A DNA stretch of 64,000 nucleotides from contig JAMWBU010000006.1 of NCBI GenBank assembly GCA_023819255.1, forward strand, positions 2,902 through 66,901, read 5' to 3'. A model generated the notes under the pieces. It was not told the origin of the DNA. It saw only the letters and a list, made by a program, of their open reading frames with translations, and searched no databases. This document shows, one piece after another, positions 1 through 10,216 of this stretch (position 1 is the first letter of the stretch; every line of letters starts with the position of its first letter). The translations under genes and the position numbers were made by a program. This stretch comes from Candidatus Omnitrophota bacterium (GTDB taxonomy: Bacteria > Ratteibacteria > UBA8468 > B48-G9 > DTJG01).

Positions 1-867
1 AAAATAGAAAAAGCGATTTCAAAAAAAACAAAAGCGATTTTTATCGCTCATACACTTGGTAATCCAGCAGATTTGAAAAAAATAGTGAAAATTGTAAAAA
101 AATATAATCTCTGGTTCATTGAAGACAACTGTGATAGCTTAGGCTCGAAATACAAAGGAAGATACACAGGGACATTCGGTCATATTTCAACCTGCAGTTT
201 TTATCCAGCCCATACTATTACAACAGGAGAAGGCGGCGCAGTATTCACAGATGACCCCTTATTAAAAAGAATAATTATTTCCATGCGCGACTGGGGAAGA
301 GATTGCTGGTGCGAAACCGGTTGTGATAATACCTGTGGAAAAAGGTTCTCATGGAAACTTGGTAAATTGCCGTATGGTTACGATCACAAATACATCTATT
401 CTCATATTGGGTACAATTTGAAGATGACCGATCTTCAAGCAGCAATAGGTGTTGCCCAGCTTGAAAAACTGCCGGCTTTTATAGGGGCTCGAAAGAAAAA
501 CTTTAATCAACTTTATAAATTTTTTAAAAAATACGAAAAATACTTTATACTTCCGCACTGGAGCAAAAACTCAGATCCCGCATGGTTTGGTTTTCCACTC
601 CTTATTAAAAACAGTGCTCCTTTCAGCCGCGACGAGATTGTCAATTATCTTGAAAAACATAAAATCGCAACGAGAATGCTTTTCGGTGGCAATTTAACTA
701 AACAGCCTGCTTATCAAGGTATTAAATACAGAATTTTTCAAAATCTCAAAAACACGGATAATGTTATGAATAACCTTTTCTGGATTGGAGTATATCCGGG
801 AATAACAGAAGAAAAAATGAGGTATTTAATTAACACATTTGATGGGTTTTTAAGAAACTCGAAATGA
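1..867 (+). CDS. DegT/DnrJ/EryC1/StrS-family PLP-dependent sugar aminotransferase (5' end outside window)
   Basis: Frame-1 reading is open from nt 1, so the ORF-track M at 73 is internal. The motifs FIEDNCDSLGS, GHISTCSFYPAHTITTGEGGAVFTDD and AQLEKLP are typical of ArnB/WecE-like aminotransferases. Confidence 0.8.
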   Translation, partial: KIEKAISKKTKAIFIAHTLGNPADLKKIVKIVKKYNLWFIEDNCDSLGSKYKGRYTGTFGHISTCSFYPAHTITTGEGGAVFTDDPLLKRIIISMRDWGRDCWCETGCDNTCGKRFSWKLGKLPYGYDHKYIYSHIGYNLKMTDLQAAIGVAQLEKLPAFIGARKKNFNQLYKFFKKYEKYFILPHWSKNSDPAWFGFPLLIKNSAPFSRDEIVNYLEKHKIATRMLFGGNLTKQPAYQGIKYRIFQNLKNTDNVMNNLFWIGVYPGITEEKMRYLINTFDGFLRNSK

Positions 868-1874
868 AAATTGTTTCTGTTTTTCTTCATTACGACTATG
901 GAATAAAAAGTCGTGGAGAAACTCCGGAGTATCAAAAGGGTGGCTTTTATGCTGCTTTCTGCCAACTGGGATATGCTGTTTATCCGTTCTGGTGGGATGA
1001 CTACCTGGCTGACAAAAATATGTTACAAAAGAAATTGATACAATATGTTGATGGGATAAAACCTGACATAGTGTTTTTTATTTTGATGAGAGATGAATTT
1101 TCTTTTGAGACCCTATCTTATCTTAAAAGTAAATATATCACTATAAACTGGTTCTGGGACGACCAGTGGAGATTTGATGATTTTACAAAATATTACGCAC
1201 CATATTTTACCTATAGCATCACAACTGATAAATTTTCTCTGGCGAAGTACAGAAATATTGGATATAAAAATGTTATACTGATTCGACCCGCTTCCTATGA
1301 TTGCTACAGGGAACTTGATTTCGCAAAAATTCAGTACAAATATGATGTTTCCTTTGTTGGAGGAAAAAGCGCTTACAGAGAATGGATCGCGAGGCAGCTA
1401 CAGAAAAATAATATAAAGGTGCAGTGTTTTGGCCACGGCTGGCCTGCAGGACCGATTTCTTATACAGAAATGGCAGAAGTTTTCAAAACAACAAGAATAA
1501 ACCTTAATATTTCAAACAGTGTTTCCCACGATATCAGGTACATTTTTTCCAGCCGAAGAAGCTTGAAAGAATTTTTGAAGTCTCCGAAAAGATTGGAGCA
1601 ATTGAAACAGAGAAATTTTGAAATACCGGCGTTTGGTGGATTTCAACTGACAAATTATGTGCCATCCCTGGAGGATTATTTTGATATTGGCAGAGAGATA
1701 GCGATTTATACTGGTGTCGACGATTTACTTTTGCAGGTAAGATATTACTTAGAAAATGAAGATAAAAGAAAAATGGTTATGATTGGTGGATACAGGAAGG
1801 TTTTTAATAATGGTCCGACCTATGTGGATAGATTCAGGGATATCTTTTCGCTTATACGGGCAAAGTCATTATGA
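864..1874 (+). CDS. CgeB-like / DUF3880-type glycosyltransferase-associated protein (paralog 1)
   Basis: ATGA overlap with the upstream gene. Shares the motifs DVSFVGG...GHGWP...TTRINLNISNS with the ORF at 5402, matching the CgeB-family pattern. Confidence 0.45.
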   Translation: MKIVSVFLHYDYGIKSRGETPEYQKGGFYAAFCQLGYAVYPFWWDDYLADKNMLQKKLIQYVDGIKPDIVFFILMRDEFSFETLSYLKSKYITINWFWDDQWRFDDFTKYYAPYFTYSITTDKFSLAKYRNIGYKNVILIRPASYDCYRELDFAKIQYKYDVSFVGGKSAYREWIARQLQKNNIKVQCFGHGWPAGPISYTEMAEVFKTTRINLNISNSVSHDIRYIFSSRRSLKEFLKSPKRLEQLKQRNFEIPAFGGFQLTNYVPSLEDYFDIGREIAIYTGVDDLLLQVRYYLENEDKRKMVMIGGYRKVFNNGPTYVDRFRDIFSLIRAKSL

Positions 1875-2872
1875 GAAAAGCAACACTTTTTACCGAAAGC
1901 TTCTATCTGAACAATAAACAATTCGATCTGAGCGATGAAATGGTGAATCGTGATGATTGCCAGTATGGCGCATATCTTCTGAGAAAAAGGTTTTGTGAAA
2001 TTGGAATCGATTTAAGTACCCAGGATATAAATCCAATTTCTGAATCTGAGTTTGTTATCTATAATGAGTTTCCCGGAAAGAAACATATTTTTTCTGATAA
2101 GAAAAATTATCTTTTGATTTTTGAATGCGAGGTTATCAGACCTGATAACTGGGATGTAGAAAACCATAAGTATTTCAAAAAGATTTTTACCTGGCATGAT
2201 GGGCCTGTCGACAATAAGAAATATATCAAGCTTAACTTTTCTATGAAAATTCCTGAAAAACTTGATTTTGATTTATCAAAAAAAAACAGGTTGTGCGCGA
2301 TGATAGTAGCGAATAAATCTGTCAGGCATCCACTTGAGCTTTATTCTGAAACGAAAAGGGCGATTGACTGGTTTGAAGAAAATCATCCAGAGGATTTTGA
2401 CCTCTACGGGTTTGGCTGGGACAGGTTTTTATTTACCGGATATTTCAGAAGGTTAAACAGATTTGACTCCCTGCGTCGATTTTTTAAACCGCGATTGAAG
2501 ACATACAGGGGTTCTGTGAAATCAAAAAAAGAGACAATGTCACGATATAAATTTGCGATCTGTTATGAAAACGCAAAAGATATTCCTGGCTATATCACAG
2601 AAAAAATTTTTGATTGCTTTTTTTCCGGCTGTGTTCCTGTTTATCTTGGAGCGCCAAATATTGCCGACCATATTCCGCCAGAGACATTTATCGACAGAAG
2701 AAATTTTAAAAATTATGAAGAATTGTATAAATTTATTAAGGATATGTCTGAGACAGAATATATTGAGTATCTTGATGCAATTAGGGATTTTGTTTCGAGT
2801 GATAAAATTTATCCGTTCAGCGCAGAGTGTTTCGCTGAAACACTTGTAAGAGAGATTGTGGAAAAGGATTAG
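1871..2872 (+). CDS. GT10-family alpha-1,3-fucosyltransferase-like glycosyltransferase
   Basis: C-terminal motif YKFAICYENAKDIPGYITEKIFDCFFSGCVPVYLGAPNI matches the GT10 FucT signature (FALAFENS..GYVTEK..IPIYWG). Confidence 0.6.
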   Translation: MRKATLFTESFYLNNKQFDLSDEMVNRDDCQYGAYLLRKRFCEIGIDLSTQDINPISESEFVIYNEFPGKKHIFSDKKNYLLIFECEVIRPDNWDVENHKYFKKIFTWHDGPVDNKKYIKLNFSMKIPEKLDFDLSKKNRLCAMIVANKSVRHPLELYSETKRAIDWFEENHPEDFDLYGFGWDRFLFTGYFRRLNRFDSLRRFFKPRLKTYRGSVKSKKETMSRYKFAICYENAKDIPGYITEKIFDCFFSGCVPVYLGAPNIADHIPPETFIDRRNFKNYEELYKFIKDMSETEYIEYLDAIRDFVSSDKIYPFSAECFAETLVREIVEKD

Positions 2873-2895
2873 ACTTATTGTAAATAGGTCCTACT

Positions 2896-4398
2896 GTGAT
2901 TAAAGTGAATTTTACTCTTTTCAGAAAAATATGGTTTTTGCTTACACAGAATTATTTGACCAGGGCGTTTACTTCTTTTTCATCAGTGCAGATAATTGGG
3001 ACACTTGTTGGTCTTTTAGTTTTGTCCCTCTACACAAGGCATCTTTCTCCTGAAGATTACGGGAAAATCACATTTATAATGATTTTTGTTATTATAGCTT
3101 CAATAGTGATTGATAGTGGGCTTAATACTGCTTTTTCAATAAGATTTTATAAGGTTTCCGAAGAAGAAAACAAAAAAAACATTTACACTGTTTTGATTTA
3201 TAACTTCATTGTTTTGTTGGTTTTTTGTTCTGTTTTCCTTCTGTTTCCAGGTCTTTTTGAAAAATTGTTGAAAGTGAAAATATCCTTTCATCAGAAATTG
3301 CTGATATTTTATTTAATTCTTACAAGCATTGCGGGAAGGTTTTATACCAATCTTTTACTGATATCAAAGAAGCCAAAGAGTTATTTTATCGTTAATTCTT
3401 ATTTTTTTCTTGCGGTAATAGCGATGAGTTTTGTATTTCTTGTGGTTTGGGAAAAAGGTTATTTTTCATACATTTACGCCTATGCTATAGCGCATAGCGT
3501 GCTTGCAATCGCTGGTATGTTTTATTTTTTGACTGCGTACAAACCCAAGATAGCCGGTGTATTTTCGAAGAAAAACCTTATTTCGATTTTAAAACTCGGG
3601 TTTCCCCTTGTTCCAAATAGTTTGCTTCTTATGCTTCTGACATATGCTGATAGATACATACTCGAGAAGTATATGGATCTTGCGGCGGTTGGGATTTATA
3701 GTGTCGGGTATGTTTTTGCCGATAAGGTTTCTACGATTGTTATCAACCCCGCCGGTCAGGCGCTCACGCCTGTAAGTTTTCAAACATTCGCAAGGTCAGT
3801 TTCAGAATATACTGTACTTCTTAAAAAAATATTTGAGTCCTACTGGTTGATGATCGGAATTTTTCTGGCTTTGTACTTTTCAGTTCTTCGCGAAATTTTT
3901 GAACTTATTGTTGGTACAAAGTATGTTGAAGGATATAACATTATTCCCATAGTAATTGCCGGGACAATTTTCTGGGGCGCCGCAAATATGATCGGGGGTA
4001 CAGTTGTGATTAAAGAAAAAACGGATAAGGTTTTTCTGTTTTCCCTGCTTGCTGTTGTACTTAACATAGCGCTGAATTTTCTTTTAATTCCAGCATACGG
4101 GATTTATGGAGCAGCTCTGGCTACATTTGTTAGCTATGTGATATATTTTCTGCTTTTTTTTTCCTATACACAGAAACTTGTGTATGTGCCCTATAATATC
4201 AAATTGATTGTAAGTTCGGGTTTGATTTCTTTGTTTTTTTTAATCGTAATTATCTCCATATCGTATCTTCAGATCAATGTCTGGTGTCGGCTGTTAGGAA
4301 AGATTATTTGCGCGCTGCTTTTTATTTTAATAATGCAGAAGCTTTTCAATGTTAAAAATGTAATAAAAGATATTCTACAGTATGGACAGCAGAAATGA
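2896..4398 (+). CDS. Wzx-like oligosaccharide flippase / polysaccharide biosynthesis membrane protein
   Basis: 500 aa, about 12-14 hydrophobic helices, MOP-superfamily architecture, located inside a glycan locus. Confidence 0.6.
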   Translation: MIKVNFTLFRKIWFLLTQNYLTRAFTSFSSVQIIGTLVGLLVLSLYTRHLSPEDYGKITFIMIFVIIASIVIDSGLNTAFSIRFYKVSEEENKKNIYTVLIYNFIVLLVFCSVFLLFPGLFEKLLKVKISFHQKLLIFYLILTSIAGRFYTNLLLISKKPKSYFIVNSYFFLAVIAMSFVFLVVWEKGYFSYIYAYAIAHSVLAIAGMFYFLTAYKPKIAGVFSKKNLISILKLGFPLVPNSLLLMLLTYADRYILEKYMDLAAVGIYSVGYVFADKVSTIVINPAGQALTPVSFQTFARSVSEYTVLLKKIFESYWLMIGIFLALYFSVLREIFELIVGTKYVEGYNIIPIVIAGTIFWGAANMIGGTVVIKEKTDKVFLFSLLAVVLNIALNFLLIPAYGIYGAALATFVSYVIYFLLFFSYTQKLVYVPYNIKLIVSSGLISLFFLIVIISISYLQINVWCRLLGKIICALLFILIMQKLFNVKNVIKDILQYGQQK

Positions 4399-5405
4399 TT
4401 AACGGAGAGTCAAAATTGCCATTGCTTTCCATCGGGATTCCGACATATAACGGAGAACAGCATATAAAAGAAGCGATTGATAGCGTCATTGCGCAGCTGG
4501 ACGATTTAGAAGATGAAATAGAAATAGTTATTTCTGATAATGCTTCTACCGATAGCACTCCTGAAATAGTTAAGCAATGTGCGCAAAGATTCAATTTTAT
4601 AAGATATTTCAGAAATCAGCACAATACGGGTTTTGATAGAAATGTGGATTTGCTTTTTGAAAGGGCGACCGGAAAGTATGTATGGATTCTGAGCGATGAT
4701 GATTCGTTGAGAGAAGGGGCTTTAAAAAAGTTTTTAACCAGATTAAAAGAATATAAAAATGTCTCTGTTTTTCTTGTAAACTATGCAGAATGTGATATTA
4801 ATTTGAAAGAGTATCCTCGCAGGATTCGTCCAGATATTGAAGAAGACATTTATTGTGAAGATGGAGATGACTTTTTCCATAAAAGCAAATTTTTGTTTGT
4901 ACTTGTTTCTTCGCTTGTCATCAGAAGAGACAGATGGGATAAAAGAGTCAAAAAACATATTGGTTCTGGTTTTGTTCATGTGGGCGCTATTGCCGAAATT
5001 CTGGCAAAAGACGCGGCATTTATTGTTTCTGAAAAACTGGTGAATTACAGAACTCCTGAAACAGGAAAAGAAAGATGGCGGGCTGCCGGATACTGGGCGA
5101 TTGTGAGGCCAGGGCTTGAACTTGTTAGAATTTTTAATTATATGAAGGTTCTTGGCTATAGAAAAAAAACCTGCCTGTATTTGATTGATAGTATGTTGAG
5201 GGCAAATTTAAGATTGATTCTGGTATTAAATATAATGGAAGTCAAAGACAGAAGAGAAATCGCAAGGGGTATGATAAATTGTTATGGAAGATATCCAACC
5301 TTCTGGTTGATTCACCTTCCTTTTTTATTTACGCCAATTGCGGTTTTCCGTTTGTTGCGGAGAATAAGAAAAATGTTTAAGAAATTTATCGGAGGCATAC
5401 GGTGA
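4395..5405 (+). CDS. GT2-family glycosyltransferase
   Basis: N-terminal LLSIGIPTYNGEQHIKEAIDSV...ISDNASTDST is the GT2 DxD-fold signature. ATGA overlap upstream. Confidence 0.7.
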   Translation: MINGESKLPLLSIGIPTYNGEQHIKEAIDSVIAQLDDLEDEIEIVISDNASTDSTPEIVKQCAQRFNFIRYFRNQHNTGFDRNVDLLFERATGKYVWILSDDDSLREGALKKFLTRLKEYKNVSVFLVNYAECDINLKEYPRRIRPDIEEDIYCEDGDDFFHKSKFLFVLVSSLVIRRDRWDKRVKKHIGSGFVHVGAIAEILAKDAAFIVSEKLVNYRTPETGKERWRAAGYWAIVRPGLELVRIFNYMKVLGYRKKTCLYLIDSMLRANLRLILVLNIMEVKDRREIARGMINCYGRYPTFWLIHLPFLFTPIAVFRLLRRIRKMFKKFIGGIR

Positions 5406-6439
5406 AGATAGTATTCTGTCTTGTGAGATACATTGGCGGCAACAGAAATCTTGGAGTTTCTCTTGAGGAACAATACTGGGTTGAACCATTGCGACAGCTG
5501 GGACACGATGTTTTCATTTTTGAGATTGACGATTACCTGGTTGGTCCCGGGCTTGCTTCAAAAAAAGACGATGGCAGATTGCTTGAATATGTAAAAAAAA
5601 TTAAGCCCGATTGGGTTGTTATGAATGACTATTCTAACGATTCTATTTCAGAACAGACATGGATGGAAATTGCCGGAATTTGCAAAAGTTCTGACTGGTT
5701 CGGGGACGACAACCATAGATACGATAATTACACAAAATACAAGGCATCTTATTTTACCCATCCGATAACCTGCGATTTCTTCTCATATGATAAGTACCTG
5801 CGCGATGGATATACAAATGTGATAATGAGCCAGTGGGCTGCTTTTAATTTTGACAATGTTGAAGAAGAAGAGACCGATGCTTATCTCTACGATGTTACAT
5901 TTGTTGGAACATTCAGCCTTTACAGAAAATGCGTTTATGATTATCTGAAAAAAAATAAAGTAAGTGTCCAGTTTTATGGAAGTGGCTGGCCGGGAGGAAC
6001 AGTCACGCTTGGTCAGATGAAAAATATCTTCAGGACATCCAGAATCAATCTCAGTCTTGAAAAACTCGCCACCAATTATGATATAAGATTTTTGATTTCA
6101 GACAAAATGCGATTTTTGTCTTTTTTAAAGAGAACCATCATGAACAGATCTCTTTATACTGTTCATAAACAAATAAAAACAAGGCATTTTGATATATGTA
6201 TGTGTGGCGGATTTCAAATTTCAGAATATGTACCTATGATTGAGAAATATTTTGAGATTGGAAAAGAATTGGTTGTTTTTTCATCTCTTGAAGAAATGCT
6301 TTCTCTGATTCAGTATTATACGAAAAGAGAATACGAAAGAAAAAAAATTGCACAGGCAGGCCAGCAAAGGACAAAGAGCCAGCATTTAATGATAAACAGG
6401 TGGCAGGAAGTTATAAGACAGCTGGAAAGGAAAGAATAA
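5402..6439 (+). CDS. CgeB-like / DUF3880-type glycosyltransferase-associated protein (paralog 2)
   Basis: DVTFVGT...YGSGWPGG...TSRINLSLEK aligns with the ORF at 864, roughly 35-40% identical by eye. Confidence 0.45.
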   Translation: MKIVFCLVRYIGGNRNLGVSLEEQYWVEPLRQLGHDVFIFEIDDYLVGPGLASKKDDGRLLEYVKKIKPDWVVMNDYSNDSISEQTWMEIAGICKSSDWFGDDNHRYDNYTKYKASYFTHPITCDFFSYDKYLRDGYTNVIMSQWAAFNFDNVEEEETDAYLYDVTFVGTFSLYRKCVYDYLKKNKVSVQFYGSGWPGGTVTLGQMKNIFRTSRINLSLEKLATNYDIRFLISDKMRFLSFLKRTIMNRSLYTVHKQIKTRHFDICMCGGFQISEYVPMIEKYFEIGKELVVFSSLEEMLSLIQYYTKREYERKKIAQAGQQRTKSQHLMINRWQEVIRQLERKE

Positions 6440-6442
6440 CCT

Positions 6443-8005
6443 ATGGATAGAAGGAAAAGTTTTTTTCTTGGAGTTTTTTCAGGCGGGTTTACCAATATTG
6501 TTGCGACAGTTATCGGTATTTTTTCAGCGCCTATCGGGCTGAGCTACTTTGGAATTGAAAAATATGGAGCCCTGGCTGTAATCAGCGCCCTGTTAACATA
6601 TTTGTCCACTTCTCAAATAGGACTTCCGACAGCAGTCAATGTGCTGGCGTCAAAGGCTCTTGCAAGAGTTGAACAATTAAAGATTATTACGAAGGCATTT
6701 GTTATCAGTTCAGGCATTATTGCTGTTGTGGCTGTTGGTTTTCTGGTTTATACCCGCATGCCGCAATGGCTTGATATCATCGGTAAGGTGCCCTCTGGCA
6801 TTTACCGGGAAGTTGCGCAAGCCACTTTTATTTCAGCGATATTGTTTTTGTTCAATCTACCTCTTTCAATTTTCTTAAGTGGATTTGTTGCAAATCAAAG
6901 AGTTCACATTGAGAGATTCTACAATATGACCATTTCTTCGCTAATTCCATTTACTGGATTATTAATGACAATATGGTTGAAAGGAAGTCTTGTTTTTTAC
7001 GCATCTGTAAAAGGTATTCTAACAATAGCTATCAGTTTGATTGCCGCAGTTCATTTTCTATTTTTTGACAGAGACAACAGATCATATATCAAGTCATTCA
7101 GAGTTCTACTGCAACCGTCAAACATTGATGAGTTTTCAATGTGTTCGATAATAACTTCTTCTCTCAGATTTTTTATAATTGGACTGGCTACAATAGTGGT
7201 CTGGCATACTGACAATCTGATAATCAGCCATTTTTTTGGAGTAAAAGATGTAACGCCGTATGCGATTACTTTTAAGCTTATTACTTCTGCTTTTTTTATT
7301 TTTTCTGTTCTTACATATCCTGTTTTTCCGATGGTGGCAAGAGCATATAGCGCAGGAGAGTTTGACTGGATAAAAAAAACATATGACAGGTTGATTTCAA
7401 CACTGCCTTTGCTGGGAGGGTTTATCTGGATATCAAGCATTGCTTTTGCCCGTGATATCATTAACATCTGGGTTGGTCCAGATGGCTACGCTGGAATGCT
7501 AACTGTATTTGCTCTGGGTGGATATGGATATGCCTGTTCTGTGCTCGCGACCCCAAATATGATGGCAACCGGACTGAACTTCATAAATGTTTTTATAGGA
7601 TGGAGCGAGGCTGTTGTGAACATCCTGCTTTCAATATTTTTTATAAAATATTTGCAAATGGGAATAGGAGGTACTGCGCTTGGAACCTTTCTCGCATCAT
7701 TTCTAACTGTTTTCTGGATGGTTCCAATTTATATCCGCAAAAGAAGCCAGGGTAAAATTATTATTGATTATTCCAGTGTGTTTCGAACTTTCTTTTTTAT
7801 CATTCTTCCATCTCTTGCTTTGCTCATAGTTTTCAATCAGCTGAATTTTAATAATAATCTGAAAAGGGTTTTTAATTTTTTGATTGTTGTTGTCTATTGC
7901 TTAATTTCATACAGGGTATTACCTGCCAGCGTTAAAGAGATTGTTAGAAACACAAAAAGCGCATTTTATAAGAGGGTGATTTTGAAATGGAAAAGGTTAC
8001 CATAG
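6443..8005 (+). CDS. second Wzx-like flippase / MOP-family polysaccharide exporter
   Basis: 520 aa polytopic membrane protein, position equivalent to 2896 in the repeated module. Confidence 0.5.
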   Translation: MDRRKSFFLGVFSGGFTNIVATVIGIFSAPIGLSYFGIEKYGALAVISALLTYLSTSQIGLPTAVNVLASKALARVEQLKIITKAFVISSGIIAVVAVGFLVYTRMPQWLDIIGKVPSGIYREVAQATFISAILFLFNLPLSIFLSGFVANQRVHIERFYNMTISSLIPFTGLLMTIWLKGSLVFYASVKGILTIAISLIAAVHFLFFDRDNRSYIKSFRVLLQPSNIDEFSMCSIITSSLRFFIIGLATIVVWHTDNLIISHFFGVKDVTPYAITFKLITSAFFIFSVLTYPVFPMVARAYSAGEFDWIKKTYDRLISTLPLLGGFIWISSIAFARDIINIWVGPDGYAGMLTVFALGGYGYACSVLATPNMMATGLNFINVFIGWSEAVVNILLSIFFIKYLQMGIGGTALGTFLASFLTVFWMVPIYIRKRSQGKIIIDYSSVFRTFFFIILPSLALLIVFNQLNFNNNLKRVFNFLIVVVYCLISYRVLPASVKEIVRNTKSAFYKRVILKWKRLP

Positions 8006-9075
8006 GTATTCCGACATATAATAGCGAAAAATACATCAAAGATTGCCTCAGATCAATTTTAAGCCAGACATATGCCAATCTTGAAATCATCGTAGTGGAC
8101 AATGGCTCAACCGATAATACTGAAAAAATAGTTTTTTCTTTCGCGGATTCAAGGATTAGATTCCATAAAAACCCAGAAAACATTTACTGCTATGGAAGTT
8201 ACAATGTAATACTGCATCTTGCAGAAACTGAACTTGTTGCCATCTATCATTCTGACGATGTTTACCAGCCAACAATTGTAGAAAGGCAGGTAGAATTTTT
8301 GAAAAAGCACCCGGATGTGATGGCTGTTTTCACTGAAGCCAGTATCATAAATTCCAGAGGAGAAATTATTGGCGAATGGAAAATACCCGAACATCTGGAG
8401 AACACTGAAATTTTTGATTTTTACGCTGCCTATAATAATTTTTTGAAGTATGGCGATTTTTTCATATGTCCAAGCGGTATGTTTGTGAAAAAAGTTTTTT
8501 CAGAAATCGGGCTTTTTAAGGAAGAGGACTTCTTTCAGATAACAGATGATGCATACTGGCTTGAATTGCTTAAAAAATATGAAATGAAAAGAGAAATGCA
8601 GTTTACAGCGAACGACCTTGAAATGTGGCTTCGCATATTGCAGAAATTTTCGGTAGGTATTTTGCGCAAAAAGCTTATAAATTACAGGGTGCATCCAGCT
8701 CAGGGGACCTTTTCTCATTATTCAACATCTTCAGAAAACTATTTTATTGTGATGGACTATTATGAAAAATATGCAAGAGAAAAAAATTTCTTGTCTTTGC
8801 GTTACTGTAAACATTATCGGGCTAAAAAGATTAGATGGAAGTTTGCTAAAGGTCGTGATGCTTTGCTTTGCGGTGATTTTAAAATAGCAAAAGAAAAATT
8901 TATCAGGTTTATAAAAAAGTTTTATTTGATTTGCCCTGTTTTGACTTTTAAGGATATTGCCCGGTTTTTGTTCGCTCTGGCTTTTGTTTTTTTACCTGTT
9001 CAATCCTGGTATTTTTTCAAAAAGATTGCTTTTTATTATATGGCTTATAAAACAAGAAAGGAACAGAAAAGGTGA
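7987..9075 (+). CDS. GT2-family glycosyltransferase
   Basis: VTIGIPTYNSEKYIKDCLRSILSQTYANLEIIVVDNGSTDNT, homologous to the ORF at 4395. Confidence 0.7.
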   Translation: MEKVTIGIPTYNSEKYIKDCLRSILSQTYANLEIIVVDNGSTDNTEKIVFSFADSRIRFHKNPENIYCYGSYNVILHLAETELVAIYHSDDVYQPTIVERQVEFLKKHPDVMAVFTEASIINSRGEIIGEWKIPEHLENTEIFDFYAAYNNFLKYGDFFICPSGMFVKKVFSEIGLFKEEDFFQITDDAYWLELLKKYEMKREMQFTANDLEMWLRILQKFSVGILRKKLINYRVHPAQGTFSHYSTSSENYFIVMDYYEKYAREKNFLSLRYCKHYRAKKIRWKFAKGRDALLCGDFKIAKEKFIRFIKKFYLICPVLTFKDIARFLFALAFVFLPVQSWYFFKKIAFYYMAYKTRKEQKR

Positions 9076-9082
9076 AAATGAT

Positions 9083-10216
9083 ATGAAAATTGTTCTGGAT
9101 GTGAATTTTCCATTTGGTCATGCGGCCGGGCTTGAGATATGGGTCGAAGGTCTTATTGATGGCCTTGCCTGTGTTGACACTGAAAACCAGTATCTGATTT
9201 TTGGTTTTTTTATGAGGAATTTTGAAGAAAGAATAAAGAAAATCAGAATTCCTCGTCAGGAGAATTTTCAACTTTTTGTCAGGCGCGTTCCGAGACCTTT
9301 GATCGCGTTCTTTGAAAATAATAATATTTCCATTATTGAAAGATGGCTTTCAGGAGAGAAAGTTGATGTTTTCCATGGGACCGGTTATTTCCTTCCGCGT
9401 CTGAAAAAAATAAAAGGAATAGTTACAATACACGGCCTTGATTTTGTTGAAATGGATGTATACTGGTATTCAGATAAGTGGTACAAAAATGTTCATAATT
9501 ATTTGAAAAGGGCTTCTATTATTATTGCTGTTTCTGAACATGTGAAAAATGCGATAGTTCAACATTATGGCATTGAAAGGGAAAGAATAATGGTTGTATA
9601 CCCTGGTGTAAGAAAAGAATTTATGCCCCTTGAAAATACTGGTAATTCCGAAATATTTGAAAGGTTTAAGATTTCTTTTCCATATCTTTTAACTGTTGCT
9701 ACCTCTGTTGAAAGAAAAAATCTTAAACGATTGCTTGATGCTTTTGCAATTCTGGCTGGGAAAAACAGAGATTTGAAGTTGTTTATTGCAGGGGATAGAA
9801 GCATTCAAGATAAGATTGTACAGCAGATTCAACAGCATAAACTGGAAAACAGAGTTGTTTTTACCGGATATCTTGGCGCTGAACAGCTTGCCTGTCTTTA
9901 TAATATGGCGGAGGCGTTTGTGTTTCCATCTTTATATGAGGGTTTCGGTTTGCCTGTGCTTGAGGCAATGGCATGCGGATGCCCTGTAATAACATCAAAT
10001 GTTTCTGCTCTGCCAGAAGTGGCGGGAAATGCAGCGATTCTGGTTAATCCCTACAGCATCGAACAACTTGTCGAGGCAATGGAAAAGGTTTTACAGAGTT
10101 CTTATACAAGAGAACGAATGCGGATGGATGGATTGAAAAGAGCAAAGGATTTTTCCTGGGAAAAAAGCGCAAGGCAGATGATTGAAGTTTATCACATGGT
10201 TATGAATGCAGATTGA
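9083..10216 (+). CDS. GT4 (GT-B) glycosyltransferase
   Basis: Start set at MKIVLDV, the first ATG after the upstream stop at 9075. EGFGLPVLEAMACGCPVITSNVSALPEV is the GT4 EX7E motif. Confidence 0.75.
   Translation: MKIVLDVNFPFGHAAGLEIWVEGLIDGLACVDTENQYLIFGFFMRNFEERIKKIRIPRQENFQLFVRRVPRPLIAFFENNNISIIERWLSGEKVDVFHGTGYFLPRLKKIKGIVTIHGLDFVEMDVYWYSDKWYKNVHNYLKRASIIIAVSEHVKNAIVQHYGIERERIMVVYPGVRKEFMPLENTGNSEIFERFKISFPYLLTVATSVERKNLKRLLDAFAILAGKNRDLKLFIAGDRSIQDKIVQQIQQHKLENRVVFTGYLGAEQLACLYNMAEAFVFPSLYEGFGLPVLEAMACGCPVITSNVSALPEVAGNAAILVNPYSIEQLVEAMEKVLQSSYTRERMRMDGLKRAKDFSWEKSARQMIEVYHMVMNAD

Noticed and set aside
2553-2849. 98-aa ORF overlapping the fucosyltransferase gene in another frame
   Set aside because: The same-strand overlapping frame lacks homology features. 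The GT10 frame carries the catalytic motif.
8957-9082. Track start of the first GT4 ORF at 8957 (126 nt upstream)
   Set aside because: That segment is the C-terminus of the preceding GT2 read in another frame. The first ATG after the upstream stop (9083, MKIVLD) gives a normal GT4 N-terminus.
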